64,000 nt of DNA from NCBI GenBank assembly GCA_041178085.1, contig JBEGVZ010000119.1, forward strand, positions 32,001-96,000, given 5' to 3'. Numbering within the stretch: position 1 is the first letter of the stretch; each line of letters begins with the position of its first letter. The notes beneath the pieces are model-generated. The model saw only the letters and a program-made list of their open reading frames with translations. It did no database searches and had not been told where the DNA came from. The stretch is from Pseudomonadota bacterium. Lineage in GTDB: Bacteria; Bdellovibrionota_B; Oligoflexia; Oligoflexales; RGVZ01. Shown in pieces: positions 38,464-48,819 of this stretch. A program made the position numbers and the translations under genes.

Positions 38464-39262
38464 GGGCACGCGCTTGGGCCGCCTGTCCGCCCTCGCCCCG
38501 GCATTGCTGGTGGCGGGGATTTTTGCCGTCATTTTGACGGGTTTTTTCGCATCGGCAACCGCATTTGCAGCAGATGCTTCAATGCCTTCCCTGAGCATCA
38601 ACCTGGCGCAAAAGGATGACCCGGATTCCGTCGTCCCTGCGATCAAGATCGTTGCATTACTCACGGTCCTTTCGGTCGCCCCGGCAATCCTGTTGATGAT
38701 GACTTCGTTCACCAGGATCCTGATTGTCCTCAGCTTCGTACGCCAAGCCCTTGGCACAATGTCGATGCCACCAAATCAGGTTCTGGTCGGACTATCTCTC
38801 TTCTTGACCGCGTTCACAATGTCACCGGTCATCGAAACGCTTGAACAACGCGCCATCACTCCTTACCTGGCCAAGGCGATTACGCAGGAGCAAGCCCTGC
38901 AAGCCGCATCTGAGCCACTGCGAAAATTCATGATTGGCGAGACCCGGGAGAGCGATATTGGTCTTTTCTACTCGATCACCCGTAAGGAACAGCCGAAGTC
39001 CCACAAAGACATTCCCCTCACTGTGCTGGTCCCGGCGTTCATGATCAGCGAACTCAAAACGGCATTCCAGATTGGCTTCCTGATCTACATCCCGTTCCTG
39101 GTCATCGACATGGTCATCTCGGCGATCCTGATGGCCTTGGGGATGATGATGTTGCCGCCGACGATCGTCTCGCTGCCTTTCAAGCTGGTTCTGTTTGTCC
39201 TGGTTGACGGATGGTCACTGATCGTCGGGTCCATCGTGAAGAGCTTCCACTCGTTTGGATGA
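38432..39262 (+). CDS. fliP: flagellar export protein FliP
   Basis: MMTSFTRI, PPNQVL, PAFMISELKTAFQIGF, LPFKLVLFVLVDGW. Confidence 0.97.
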   Translation: MRNSGTFQSSRGTRLGRLSALAPALLVAGIFAVILTGFFASATAFAADASMPSLSINLAQKDDPDSVVPAIKIVALLTVLSVAPAILLMMTSFTRILIVLSFVRQALGTMSMPPNQVLVGLSLFLTAFTMSPVIETLEQRAITPYLAKAITQEQALQAASEPLRKFMIGETRESDIGLFYSITRKEQPKSHKDIPLTVLVPAFMISELKTAFQIGFLIYIPFLVIDMVISAILMALGMMMLPPTIVSLPFKLVLFVLVDGWSLIVGSIVKSFHSFG

Positions 39263-39299
39263 CAGGCAACGCAGAAAAAATGAATGCGGGAGGGGCACC

Positions 39300-39569
39300 A
39301 TGACCGAACAGACCATCATCGACATTGGCGGCAAGGCAATCATGGTCGCGATGCAAATTGCAGCGCCGGCCCTTGTCTCAACCCTGCTCGTGGGCCTTAT
39401 TGTGTCTGTATTCCAGGCCGCGACGCAGATCAACGAGCAGACGCTCACTTTCATTCCAAAGATCCTGATCATGAGCGTTGCACTGGCGATTGCCGGGCCG
39501 TGGATCATCCAGACGATGATGAATTTCACCGTAGACATATTCAACACAATCCCGACCGTCGCCCGTTGA
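39300..39569 (+). CDS. fliQ: flagellar export protein FliQ
   Basis: VGLIVSVFQAATQINEQTLTFIPKI. Confidence 0.97.
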   Translation: MTEQTIIDIGGKAIMVAMQIAAPALVSTLLVGLIVSVFQAATQINEQTLTFIPKILIMSVALAIAGPWIIQTMMNFTVDIFNTIPTVAR

Positions 39570-39580
39570 GGGAGCCTTGA

Positions 39581-40372
39581 ATGCTTGATTTCAGGGACGT
39601 TGATTCAGTGCTCAACCACGGACTCGCCTTCCTGCGGGTAGGCGGCGTCGTGTTTGCATTGCCCGTCCTTGGGGACCAGCCAGTTCCGGTACCCGCGCGT
39701 GTCATCCTTGCCGCCGCAATAACGGCAGCGATCGCCCACACCATCCCTGCCGCACCAGTCATGCCCCCGGGCGGCGATGTGCTCGTGCTAGCAGCCATGG
39801 TGATCAAGGAACTCGTGGTGGGCATTGCGATTGGCTATCTGGCTCGTGTCACATTTGACGGCCTTTTGATGGCTGCATCCATGGTGGGATACCAGATGGG
39901 TTTCGGCACGGCGTCCCTGTTCCTGCCAGACGCCGGCCAGCAGCTCGACACTTTCACATCGTTCCACAGGGTCATCATGATGACCATTTTCCTGCTGCTC
40001 GACCTGCATCACCTGTTCATCGACGCGATCCTGACCAGCTTTATGCTGCTGCCTCTTGGCAAGTTGACCTTTTCACTTGCGCCACTCGCTGACACGGTGT
40101 TGACCGCCAGCAACCAGATCTTCAAGGTCGCATTGCAGCTTGGAGCTCCTGTGCTGGTTGCCCTGATGTTCACCCAGGCGGCGCTCGGTCTTGTGGCCCG
40201 CGCGGTCCCCCAGCTGAATGTGTTTGTCATCAGCTTCCCGCTCAGCTTCGCCGTAGGGCTGGTCGTCTATGTGGCGACACTTCCGTTTTTTCCTGAATGG
40301 ATGCGGGAACATTACCTGGGTACGAGGGACTCGTTCCATACGGCGATGAAGGCCATGTCAACAGTCCGCTAA
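39581..40372 (+). CDS. fliR: flagellar export protein FliR
   Basis: QMGF, LGLVARAVPQLNVF..SFP; synteny. Confidence 0.95.
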   Translation: MLDFRDVDSVLNHGLAFLRVGGVVFALPVLGDQPVPVPARVILAAAITAAIAHTIPAAPVMPPGGDVLVLAAMVIKELVVGIAIGYLARVTFDGLLMAASMVGYQMGFGTASLFLPDAGQQLDTFTSFHRVIMMTIFLLLDLHHLFIDAILTSFMLLPLGKLTFSLAPLADTVLTASNQIFKVALQLGAPVLVALMFTQAALGLVARAVPQLNVFVISFPLSFAVGLVVYVATLPFFPEWMREHYLGTRDSFHTAMKAMSTVR

Positions 40373-40401
40373 ATAATTGACGAAGGGCGCGGGGAAAACC
40401 A

Positions 40402-41493
40402 TTGGCTGCATTTGATGAAAATAATGAAGATCGCACAGAAGAAGCGACGCAAGAGCGACGCGAGGACTTCCGTGAGCGCGGTCAGGTGGCCGTCTCCCGG
40501 GAGGTCACCGCGGTCTTCATACTCCTCGCGGCGACCCTTGTGGTTTACTACGGCGGGTCAGCAGGCCTTGCAACCATAGAGCGGATGATGACGTCTTCCT
40601 TCCAGATGGCAAGCCGCCTGCGCATCGACGACAAGAACATTTTGTCTTACCTCGGCGCAATGTGGCTCCCGGCCTTGTTCATTATCGTACCGGTATGTGC
40701 AGCCGCGGCGGTGATTGCGGCCGCGGTGACCCTTTTGCAAACGCGTTTCAACTGGTCATGGGAAAAACTTGCACCTGATTTCTCGAAGCTCAACCCTATG
40801 CAGGGCTTGACCCGGATGGTCGGCCTGGACGCCGGAGCAGAGCTTTTGAAGGCCTCAGCCAAAACTCTGGCCATTGGGGCAGTCGCGTGGGCAGTTCTGA
40901 AGAGCGAGCTGTCACGAGCACCTGGCCTGATGATGACGCCCGTCACTGCAACGTGGGCATACTGGGGACACATGACGACCCAACTCGTGTGGGCGGTGGG
41001 TGGCGTCGCGGCATTCATCGCAGCCGCCGACTTCTTCTACAACTGGTTCCGCCTCGAAGGCCAGATGAAGATGACCAAGCAGGAAGTGAAGGAAGAGATC
41101 AAACGCCGCGAAACGGATCCGCACTTGAAGGCGCGCCAAAAGAGAATGCAGCGGGAAATCGCGAATCGCAAGGTGGTCGAAAAAACCCGCCAGGCAACTG
41201 TTCTGATCACCAACCCGACACACTATTCCATCGCGCTCAAGTACGAAATGGGAATGGGCGCGCCTGTGGTTCTTGCCAAGGGAGTCGACCATTTGGCCCT
41301 GAAAATGCGCGAGATCGCGCGCGAGGAAGACATACCGATCGTAGAAAATCGGCCACTGGCGCGGGCGATCTACGCCGAGGTCGACGAGGACCAGGAAATT
41401 CCGGAGACAATGTACCGGGCAATTTCAGAGATCATCCGCTACGTGTTCAAGCTGAAGGGCGTCAATATCGGCCGAAAGAAAAAAACGGCCTGA
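40402..41493 (+). CDS. flhB: flagellar export protein FlhB
   Basis: RTEEAT, KMTKQEVKEE, NPTH autocleavage motif; TTG start. Confidence 0.97.
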   Translation: MAAFDENNEDRTEEATQERREDFRERGQVAVSREVTAVFILLAATLVVYYGGSAGLATIERMMTSSFQMASRLRIDDKNILSYLGAMWLPALFIIVPVCAAAAVIAAAVTLLQTRFNWSWEKLAPDFSKLNPMQGLTRMVGLDAGAELLKASAKTLAIGAVAWAVLKSELSRAPGLMMTPVTATWAYWGHMTTQLVWAVGGVAAFIAAADFFYNWFRLEGQMKMTKQEVKEEIKRRETDPHLKARQKRMQREIANRKVVEKTRQATVLITNPTHYSIALKYEMGMGAPVVLAKGVDHLALKMREIAREEDIPIVENRPLARAIYAEVDEDQEIPETMYRAISEIIRYVFKLKGVNIGRKKKTA

Positions 41494-41517
41494 TAACAGG
41501 ACAGGGGAACGGCAATC

Positions 41518-43638
41518 ATGGCGACTGCAGCAACAGCCAAGGCCAGCACCGGGGCGGAGACCGCCCCTACGGGCCTGCTTTCGATCATAAAGAGTCCTGA
41601 CATTCAGTTTGCTGTCGGCCTGCTCTCGATCGTCTTCATGATGATCGTCCCGCTGCCGGCAATCCTTCTGGATATGCTGCTTGCCGTCTCAATCACGGTT
41701 TCCATCCTGATCCTCCTGGTCTCTGTCTACATCAAGCAGCCACTTGATTTCTCAACGTTCCCCACAGTGCTTCTTGTCACGACACTATTCCGCCTCGGCC
41801 TTAACGTCGCAACGACCAGAGCGATCCTGCTGAAAGCGCAAAATGGGGACGTTTCTGACGTCGTCGAGGCATTCGGCAAGTTTGTGGTCGGAGGAAATTA
41901 CTTCGTCGGTTTCACCATCTTCGTGATCCTGGTCATCATCAACTTCATCGTAATCACCAAAGGTGCGGGCCGCGTCGCAGAAGTGGGCGCACGATTCACT
42001 CTCGATGCAATGCCAGGCAAGCAGATGGCCATTGACGCCGAAATGAATGCCGGCCTGATTGACCGGGACGAAGCCAAGCGTCGTCGGGCCAAGGTCGAGC
42101 AAGAAGCAGACTTTTACGGGGCAATGGACGGTGCTTCAAAGTTCGTCCGGGGAGACGCGATCGCCGGCATCATCATTACCATCATCAACATCATCGTTGG
42201 CCTGATGGTGGGCGTATTCCAGCACAACATGTCCTTCGGTAACGCAGCAGAACTCTACACTTTGCTCACGGTTGGTGACGGCCTGGTATCACAGATCCCG
42301 GCTCTTATCATATCAACCGCAGCAGGTATCATCGTCACCCGCGCCTCAGCAGGTGGCGGGTTGTCGCAAGACCTGTCGGAACAGATGATCGTCCATCCGA
42401 AAGCCCTTTATGCATGTTCAGGGCTGCTGGTCGTGATGGCGCTCATTCCTGGGCTGCCCGCATTACCGTTCCTGTTGATGGCAGCAGGTTTCTATTACCT
42501 GGCCCGGCAATCTGCCAAGGCAATGACCCTGAAAATCGAGGAAGAAGCAAAGGCAACAGCCATCGAAAGAGACAGGAAGGACGGGGCCTCGGATTCCATT
42601 GAGGCACTGCTTCACGTTGATACCATGGCACTGGAAGTGGGTGTCGGCCTGATCCCACTGGTTGATACCCAGCAAGATGGTGAAATTCTTGAACGTATCA
42701 TCTCGGCGCGCAAGCAGTTCGCGCAGGACTTGGGAATTGTTGTGCCGATGGTGATGGTGCGTGACAACATCCAGCTCGCGCCTGGCGAATACCAGATCCT
42801 GCTCAAGGGTAACGTCATCGGACGCGGCAACTTGATGATCGACTATTATCTGGCCATGGACCCAGGTGATATTTCGGATCCCATCCAGGGAATCAAGACG
42901 ATCGAGCCCGCCTACGGGCTTGAAGCGATATGGATCAAGCCCAACCAGCGCGACGAAGCCACTTTCCGCGGCTACACTGCCGTGAACTGTGCCACTGTGG
43001 TCGTCACCCACCTGACCAAATTGATCTCCGAGCACGCCCAGGAACTGCTAGGCCGCCAGGAAACACAAAACCTCATCGACTCCGTCAAGAAGGAGCATCC
43101 CAAAGTTGTCGAGGAGATGATTGGGGCCGACCGCCTGACCCTTGGGGATGTCGTCAAGGTCCTCCAGAATCTTCTCGGAGAAGGCGTAAGCATCCGGGAT
43201 GCACTGACAATTTTCGAAACTCTTGCCGACCATTCCAAGTCAATCAAGTCGCCTGAAGTGCTCACGCGATATGTCCGCATCGCACTTGGGCGTGGTATCA
43301 TCAAGAAGTACCTGACCAATGACAATCAGCTACTCATCGCGAGCCTTGATCGCGCTGTGGAGGACACGATTGTCATGAGCCAGCACACAAACGAGGATGG
43401 CTCTTCGACGCTGGATCTGGATCCAGAAATGGCGCAGAGGCTCCTCAACAGCATCGCCGCAACCATGAGGAATTTTGAACCTCATGGCGCAATACCCATC
43501 CTCCTCTGCGGATCCCGCATACGATGGGGACTCAGGAAACTTGTGAACAGGTTCATCCCGGGCTTGATCGTCCTGGCATTCGATGAGTTGCCGCAGGGGA
43601 CGAAAACCAAGTCGGTCGGGACTGTCAGGCTTCAGTAG
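41518..43638 (+). CDS. flhA: flagellar export protein FlhA
   Basis: RVAEVGARFTLDAMPGKQMAIDA, FYGAMDGASKFVRGDAIAG. Confidence 0.98.
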   Translation: MATAATAKASTGAETAPTGLLSIIKSPDIQFAVGLLSIVFMMIVPLPAILLDMLLAVSITVSILILLVSVYIKQPLDFSTFPTVLLVTTLFRLGLNVATTRAILLKAQNGDVSDVVEAFGKFVVGGNYFVGFTIFVILVIINFIVITKGAGRVAEVGARFTLDAMPGKQMAIDAEMNAGLIDRDEAKRRRAKVEQEADFYGAMDGASKFVRGDAIAGIIITIINIIVGLMVGVFQHNMSFGNAAELYTLLTVGDGLVSQIPALIISTAAGIIVTRASAGGGLSQDLSEQMIVHPKALYACSGLLVVMALIPGLPALPFLLMAAGFYYLARQSAKAMTLKIEEEAKATAIERDRKDGASDSIEALLHVDTMALEVGVGLIPLVDTQQDGEILERIISARKQFAQDLGIVVPMVMVRDNIQLAPGEYQILLKGNVIGRGNLMIDYYLAMDPGDISDPIQGIKTIEPAYGLEAIWIKPNQRDEATFRGYTAVNCATVVVTHLTKLISEHAQELLGRQETQNLIDSVKKEHPKVVEEMIGADRLTLGDVVKVLQNLLGEGVSIRDALTIFETLADHSKSIKSPEVLTRYVRIALGRGIIKKYLTNDNQLLIASLDRAVEDTIVMSQHTNEDGSSTLDLDPEMAQRLLNSIAATMRNFEPHGAIPILLCGSRIRWGLRKLVNRFIPGLIVLAFDELPQGTKTKSVGTVRLQ

Positions 43639-43672
43639 GCGTTTTCGATCTCGCAAGGAAGGATTTTGACCA

Positions 43673-44875
43673 ATGCAGATCAGGACATTCGAGGCCAATT
43701 CTTTCAAGGAAGCCGTCAAGGCCGTGAAGCAGGACCTTGGCAGCGAGGCTGTCATCCTGTCGACGCGTGAGAAGCCGATCGAGGGCCGCCCTGGGGCAAA
43801 GATGGTGGAAGTCACCGCCGCCGCCCCTGCCGGAGCTCGCACCGTCATCGGCGGACAGTCAGCGGCCGACGCTCAAGCCAGCGACAAAATGGCTGGCGCT
43901 TACATGCAGAAAATCGATTCGCGTATCGACGCAATTGAAGCAAAAATGCCGTCTTCGCGGCGCCTCGAAAATCTTGAGGCTTCGGTGCACGACTTGAAGC
44001 TTCTACTTCTGGAGGTGCTCCGCCAGGGCAACCAGCAAGCCGAAAAATCACTGGCTCCAGAAGCATGCGAGGTTGTTCGCCAACTCCGCCATGCCGGCAT
44101 TGATGAGATGCTGTTGACGCGTCTTGCCACTTTCCTCAACAAATCAAACACGAGCCGCCCAGCAAAACAGCCCTCTGGCGAAGAAATCCCCGTCAGCCCT
44201 GAGAATTGGGTGCGGGATCAATCGATCCGGTGGATGTTGAAACAGATCTCCATCGCCCCGCGATGGGATACCATGCCAGGCGGACAGTCCGTGCACTGCC
44301 TTGTCGGTCCTCCCGGAGCTGGCAAGACCACTTTGATATCAAAGCTCGCGGCGCAGTTCACCCTGCGCGAAAAAAGAAAAGTCGTGCTTGTCTCCTACGA
44401 CACGGTGCGCCTGGCAGCCTCTGAACAGCTGAGGGTGTATGCCAAAGTAATGGGCATCCCGTTTGAGGCAATTCAGCAGCCAGGTGACCTTGCCGGCGCA
44501 ATTAGCAAGCACCCAGACGCTTCGCTCTTTCTGCTCGACACCACAGGAAGACCGGTCAAGCAGAACAAGATCATCCAGGAACTCAGCGCCCTGAAGCGCA
44601 CGGCGCCTGCCATGGAATTTCATCTGGTGCTTTCCGCCGCAGAGAAGCTTCAATCCCTAGAATCCGCTGTACGGGCGCATACCGAGCTCGGAATCCGCAG
44701 CATTGCCTTCAACAAGCTGGATGAGAGCTGGCAATTCGCAGACGCATTCAACATCGCTGCAAAGTGGGCGGTTCCACTCAGCTTCTTCGGCACCGGGCCG
44801 GAAGTTCCTGATGCAGTAGAACGGGCGAGCCGGGAACGAATTGTTGAGCAGGTGTTCGGTCTTTCCAGGTCCTGA
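43673..44875 (+). CDS. flhF: flagellar SRP-family GTPase FlhF
   Basis: MQIRTF.A...VKQDLG.EAVILS; GPPGAGKTT, DTTG, NKLDE. Confidence 0.93.
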   Translation: MQIRTFEANSFKEAVKAVKQDLGSEAVILSTREKPIEGRPGAKMVEVTAAAPAGARTVIGGQSAADAQASDKMAGAYMQKIDSRIDAIEAKMPSSRRLENLEASVHDLKLLLLEVLRQGNQQAEKSLAPEACEVVRQLRHAGIDEMLLTRLATFLNKSNTSRPAKQPSGEEIPVSPENWVRDQSIRWMLKQISIAPRWDTMPGGQSVHCLVGPPGAGKTTLISKLAAQFTLREKRKVVLVSYDTVRLAASEQLRVYAKVMGIPFEAIQQPGDLAGAISKHPDASLFLLDTTGRPVKQNKIIQELSALKRTAPAMEFHLVLSAAEKLQSLESAVRAHTELGIRSIAFNKLDESWQFADAFNIAAKWAVPLSFFGTGPEVPDAVERASRERIVEQVFGLSRS

Positions 44876-44889
44876 GGAGAACTGCGACG

Positions 44890-45732
44890 ATGGAAAATTT
44901 GAACAGACATGGCGCAAAATGCAGGATCGCTGTCTCCAGCGGCAAGGGCGGCGTTGGCAAGACGCTGACATCCGTGAATCTGGCCGCGGCTGCGGCGCGC
45001 CACGGACAACGAACCTTGATCATTGACGGCGACCTTGGCCTTGCAAACGTCGACGTCCTGCTTGGACTTCGCGCCGAAAACAGCATCTTCGAATTCCTGA
45101 CAGGAAGGCTCACGCTCGACGATGTCGCCGTCAGGGGTCCCCTTGGCATCACCGTAATGCCTGCCGGATCAGGGATCGCAGCAATGCAGAACCTTGATAC
45201 TTCTTCACGGGATCGCCTCCTGGATGCGCTGGCGGCCTATGCGGCCGCCTTTGACGCAGTAATCATCGACACTGGGGCGGGAATTTCTGAGACCGTCATT
45301 GCGCTCAACCGGATGGCCAGCACAAACCTTGTCGTAACCACGCCGGAACCCCACGCGATCACGGACGCCTATGCCCTGATCAAGGTCCTGTCGGAGTGCG
45401 AGGACATTCCGGTGATCGCTGTAGCAGTAAATCAAGCACGGTCGGAGGAAGAAGGGCGTCGAGTATTCGACCGTCTATGCGAAGTGGCCGCAAAATTTCT
45501 GAGTGCAAAACTCGTCTACGCCGGATCCATCCCGGTTGACAGCTCAGTCACCAAGGGCGTGATGGCGCGCCGCACCCTGACGGAAAACACCCAGGGCACC
45601 CTTGCGGGACAGGCTTGGACACAATGCTTCCACCGCCTTGCATCGTCCTACGACCCCGAGGGGCCTGTAACGAACTTTGGCGCGGCATCCTTGATTCAAA
45701 ATGACATCATCAACCGGAGGCCCCAGCCATGA
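44890..45732 (+). CDS. flhG: MinD-like flagellar number regulator FlhG/FleN
   Basis: SGKGGVGKT, DGDLGLAN, DTGAG, TPEPHAITDAYALIK. Confidence 0.93.
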   Translation: MENLNRHGAKCRIAVSSGKGGVGKTLTSVNLAAAAARHGQRTLIIDGDLGLANVDVLLGLRAENSIFEFLTGRLTLDDVAVRGPLGITVMPAGSGIAAMQNLDTSSRDRLLDALAAYAAAFDAVIIDTGAGISETVIALNRMASTNLVVTTPEPHAITDAYALIKVLSECEDIPVIAVAVNQARSEEEGRRVFDRLCEVAAKFLSAKLVYAGSIPVDSSVTKGVMARRTLTENTQGTLAGQAWTQCFHRLASSYDPEGPVTNFGAASLIQNDIINRRPQP

Positions 45733-46487
45733 AAGGCTTGGTCAAACGCTACAAGCAGGAAACGCAAGGCGTAGACGGCAAGCTGAGGGACCAGCTGATC
45801 ATGGACTATGCGCCACTGATCCGCTTTGTTGCCCAGAGGATTGCGGCACGCTTGCCCTCCAACATTGAAATTGATGACTTGATCAGCGCCGGCGTCATCG
45901 GCTTGATGGATGCGATCGAAAAATACGACCCCAGCCGGGACAACAAGTTCAAGACTTATGCGGAATTCCGTATCCGGGGCGCAATCCTGGACGAACTCCG
46001 CAGCCAGGACTGGGTGCCGCGTTCTGTCCGGGACAAGGCGAAAAAAATCGAGCGAACCTACGCCGAACTTGAGCAAAAATACGGGCGTTCGATTTCCGAC
46101 GCGGAGCTTTCTGACGCTCTGGGGATGGACCTTGACTCCTACCATGAACTTGTCTCGAAGGTTAAGTCAGTCACGTTGCTCTCCATCGATGAATTGAGTG
46201 GACCAGGGCAGAGTGACCGCAAGAGCCTTTTGGAGTCACTTGAAAACCCGAACTCGAAGAATCCGTTCCAGCACCTCAAAAACCAGGGCGTACGGCAACT
46301 TTTGATCAACCACATCGCCGACCTCCCGGAGAAACAGAAACTTGTGCTGTCGCTCTATTACTACGAAGACCTGAACCTAAAGGAAATCGGCAGGATTCTT
46401 GAGGTGACTGAATCGCGCGTCAGCCAGTTGCATACGCAAGCGGTGAACAAGCTGCGCACAAAGCTAAAACATATCCTTAGCGAGTAA
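45729..46487 (+). CDS. fliA: RNA polymerase sigma28 FliA
   Basis: RIRGAILDELRSQDWVPRSVR, LKEIG..LEVTESRVSQLH. Confidence 0.96.
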   Translation: MKGLVKRYKQETQGVDGKLRDQLIMDYAPLIRFVAQRIAARLPSNIEIDDLISAGVIGLMDAIEKYDPSRDNKFKTYAEFRIRGAILDELRSQDWVPRSVRDKAKKIERTYAELEQKYGRSISDAELSDALGMDLDSYHELVSKVKSVTLLSIDELSGPGQSDRKSLLESLENPNSKNPFQHLKNQGVRQLLINHIADLPEKQKLVLSLYYYEDLNLKEIGRILEVTESRVSQLHTQAVNKLRTKLKHILSE

Positions 46488-46499
46488 GGGGGAAGATTC

Positions 46500-46910
46500 A
46501 TGGCACTTGGCGCACCAGAGATGAAAATACTGATCGTCGATGACTTCCCGACCATGAGACGCATCACCCGCACCCTGCTCAAGCAGCTTGGCTATAGCAA
46601 CTGCGTTGAGGCCGAGGACGGAAAGCAAGGCCTGGAGATGCTCAACCGGGAAGGGTCAATTGAATTCGTGGTTTCTGACTGGAACATGCCCAACATGACC
46701 GGCCTTGAACTGCTCGGAGCGGTGCGCGCAAGCGAAAAACTGAAGAAGATGCCGTTTTTGATGGTCACGGCCGAGGCGGAGCAAGAGAACATCATGGCCG
46801 CCGTGAAGGCTGGCGTTTCCAATTATATCGTGAAGCCATTCACTGCCCAGATCCTTCAAGACAAGCTAAATAAAATTTTTGCTGCATATGGTGTCAAAAA
46901 AGAGGGATGA
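46500..46910 (+). CDS. cheY: chemotaxis response regulator CheY
   Basis: [26 protein letters not shown]; stand-alone receiver. Confidence 0.92.
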   Translation: MALGAPEMKILIVDDFPTMRRITRTLLKQLGYSNCVEAEDGKQGLEMLNREGSIEFVVSDWNMPNMTGLELLGAVRASEKLKKMPFLMVTAEAEQENIMAAVKAGVSNYIVKPFTAQILQDKLNKIFAAYGVKKEG

Positions 46911-46951
46911 CAAGGGCCTGACAGACATTTGTGTCACGAGGAGGAGCTGCC

Positions 46952-47437
46952 ATGTCGGACGTCGTGCAACAAGACAATAGCTTGCCACAAGAAGAGCACA
47001 GCAATGCGGCAACACAGGCTGCGCCACGCGACGAAGCAGTTGCTTTTAGCGAAGAATTTATCCGCAGCTTCCCCCGCAGCAACCGCAAAGTTTCCATCAT
47101 TGTGATGCCCTTCGGCCTGAAAGGTGACCCGGACAAGAATCACGAGGGAACATCCTTGTTTATCTCACCGCACGGAATCGAATTCCAGGCGGCCAGAGAC
47201 TTCAAGGCCGGATCCCTGCTGAAGATCGAAATCACGATCCCGGATTACTGGGAACGGAAGATGAAAGTGGTCGAGTATCGCCGCATTGACCGGCCGGAAA
47301 ACTTCAGAATCCTGGCCAAGGTCATGAAAGTGGAAGACATCGGCAAAAGGGGTCGCAAGAAACACGTGATCGCACAGACGGTTAACCTCGAGCCCTGCGA
47401 TGATAAAGTCCTGCGCGCCTATCTTCAGGAAGGGTGA
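46952..47437 (+). CDS. PilZ-like domain protein
   Basis: RSFPR (RxxxR) and degenerate FISPHG; in the flagellar operon. Confidence 0.55.
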   Translation: MSDVVQQDNSLPQEEHSNAATQAAPRDEAVAFSEEFIRSFPRSNRKVSIIVMPFGLKGDPDKNHEGTSLFISPHGIEFQAARDFKAGSLLKIEITIPDYWERKMKVVEYRRIDRPENFRILAKVMKVEDIGKRGRKKHVIAQTVNLEPCDDKVLRAYLQEG

Positions 47438-47440
47438 GCC

Positions 47441-48046
47441 ATGAATACGATTCTGATGGCAGTGCTGCTGATCGTTGACGTCGGACTGATCTATGCGGTC
47501 TGGCAATTTTCGCGTCGCCGCACGATCGAGGCCGATATTGTCGCAGAGCTTGCCGAGGAACGTCGCCTGATTGAGGAGATTCGCCACTCGATCCGCGAAG
47601 AACTGTCATCGGGCCAGTCACGCATCCGGGAGGCAACTGACCGCGTCAGCCGCCTTGCCATGGAGGCGGAGCAGGAAGTGGCCAGCAGCGGCAACGTGAT
47701 CAGGTCAGAAGTTGAAAAAGCGCTGGCAGGCCTTGGCGGTTCCCTGAACCTGCCAATGGCAGAACTCGCCCAGCGACAGGAACAGCTGGCCGGATTGCTA
47801 CGCAAGGTTGAAAACGAAAAGAACTTGCTGCGCAAGGCACTGTCCCGCGCAGAGATGATGATCAAGGCCCTGGACGAAAAAGCGCCATTTGAAGAAGTCA
47901 TGGGTGAACTGGTCGAGAAGAAGTACACAGACGCCCGCAGCATGCTGGCCCAGGGGATGAGCGTCCCGAAGGTCGCCATCGAAGTGAACCTCAGTGAGCC
48001 AGAAGTGCGACTGCTTGCCGGCCTGGCAAGCCATCAGACCAGGTGA
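47441..48046 (+). CDS. membrane-anchored coiled-coil protein with C-terminal HTH-like (DUF2802-like) end
   Basis: N-terminal TM, coiled coil, Y.DA.SML.QGMSV..VA...LSEPEVRLL. Confidence 0.6.
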   Translation: MNTILMAVLLIVDVGLIYAVWQFSRRRTIEADIVAELAEERRLIEEIRHSIREELSSGQSRIREATDRVSRLAMEAEQEVASSGNVIRSEVEKALAGLGGSLNLPMAELAQRQEQLAGLLRKVENEKNLLRKALSRAEMMIKALDEKAPFEEVMGELVEKKYTDARSMLAQGMSVPKVAIEVNLSEPEVRLLAGLASHQTR

Positions 48047-48819
48047 CCGGAAACCAGTTCGTAAAGCTGTGAGGGAATCTCAGCAATCAAGAGGTGTCCG
48101 GCTGCCGGCACCTCTTTTAATTTTGCACCATAAATTCCGTTTGCAAGGATCCTGCCTGCCGACACGGGGACGATGGCATCCTCTGCGCCGTGAATGATGA
48201 GCGTAGGAGCCGTGATTTGGCCAAGGTGGGATGTCGCATCAAATCCTTGCATGGCCTTCATCTGACGCCCCGCATTCATCAAAAACGGGCCGCCACTTGC
48301 GGCCGCCTGCGCCATCTGTTTCGCCATGGCGTTCACGAGCGGCTGGTTTGCGGCAAGGAACCTGGATGAAAAGTAACGGGCCAGCTTCGCCTGCACTGCA
48401 TCCTGATGCCCGGACCATTCGTAACTTCCGTGATCGTTGATGAAGTCCCGGTTTGGGCAGGTGGAAACAAGCACCAGCCGTCCTACCCGGGCAGGGAAGT
48501 GAGACGAAAGCCACTGGGCAATCATCCCGCCCATGGAAATACCGAGCACGTGGCTTTTCTGAATGCCCTCCGCATCCCAGACGGCGATGATGTCATCGAC
48601 CATCTCAGGTAGCTGGAAGTCTCGCGACACTTCACTCTGGCCACTGCCACGATTATCACACGAAAGAACCCTGAAACCGCGTCCAGCAAGGTGGCGCGCG
48701 AGCATCCGGAAATCGGATGTGGTACGGGTATGGCCATTGATCAGCGTAACCCAATGACCATCGCCATCGCCCCAGGTTTCATAAAAGATCGTTGCGCCGG
48801 GGCGGTCAATGAACGGCAT
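48034..48819 (-). CDS. alpha/beta hydrolase
   Basis: DNRGSG, GISMGG nucleophile elbow, HGAED, AGH. Confidence 0.9.
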   Translation of the reverse strand: MPFIDRPGATIFYETWGDGDGHWVTLINGHTRTTSDFRMLARHLAGRGFRVLSCDNRGSGQSEVSRDFQLPEMVDDIIAVWDAEGIQKSHVLGISMGGMIAQWLSSHFPARVGRLVLVSTCPNRDFINDHGSYEWSGHQDAVQAKLARYFSSRFLAANQPLVNAMAKQMAQAAASGGPFLMNAGRQMKAMQGFDATSHLGQITAPTLIIHGAEDAIVPVSAGRILANGIYGAKLKEVPAAGHLLIAEIPSQLYELVSGHLV

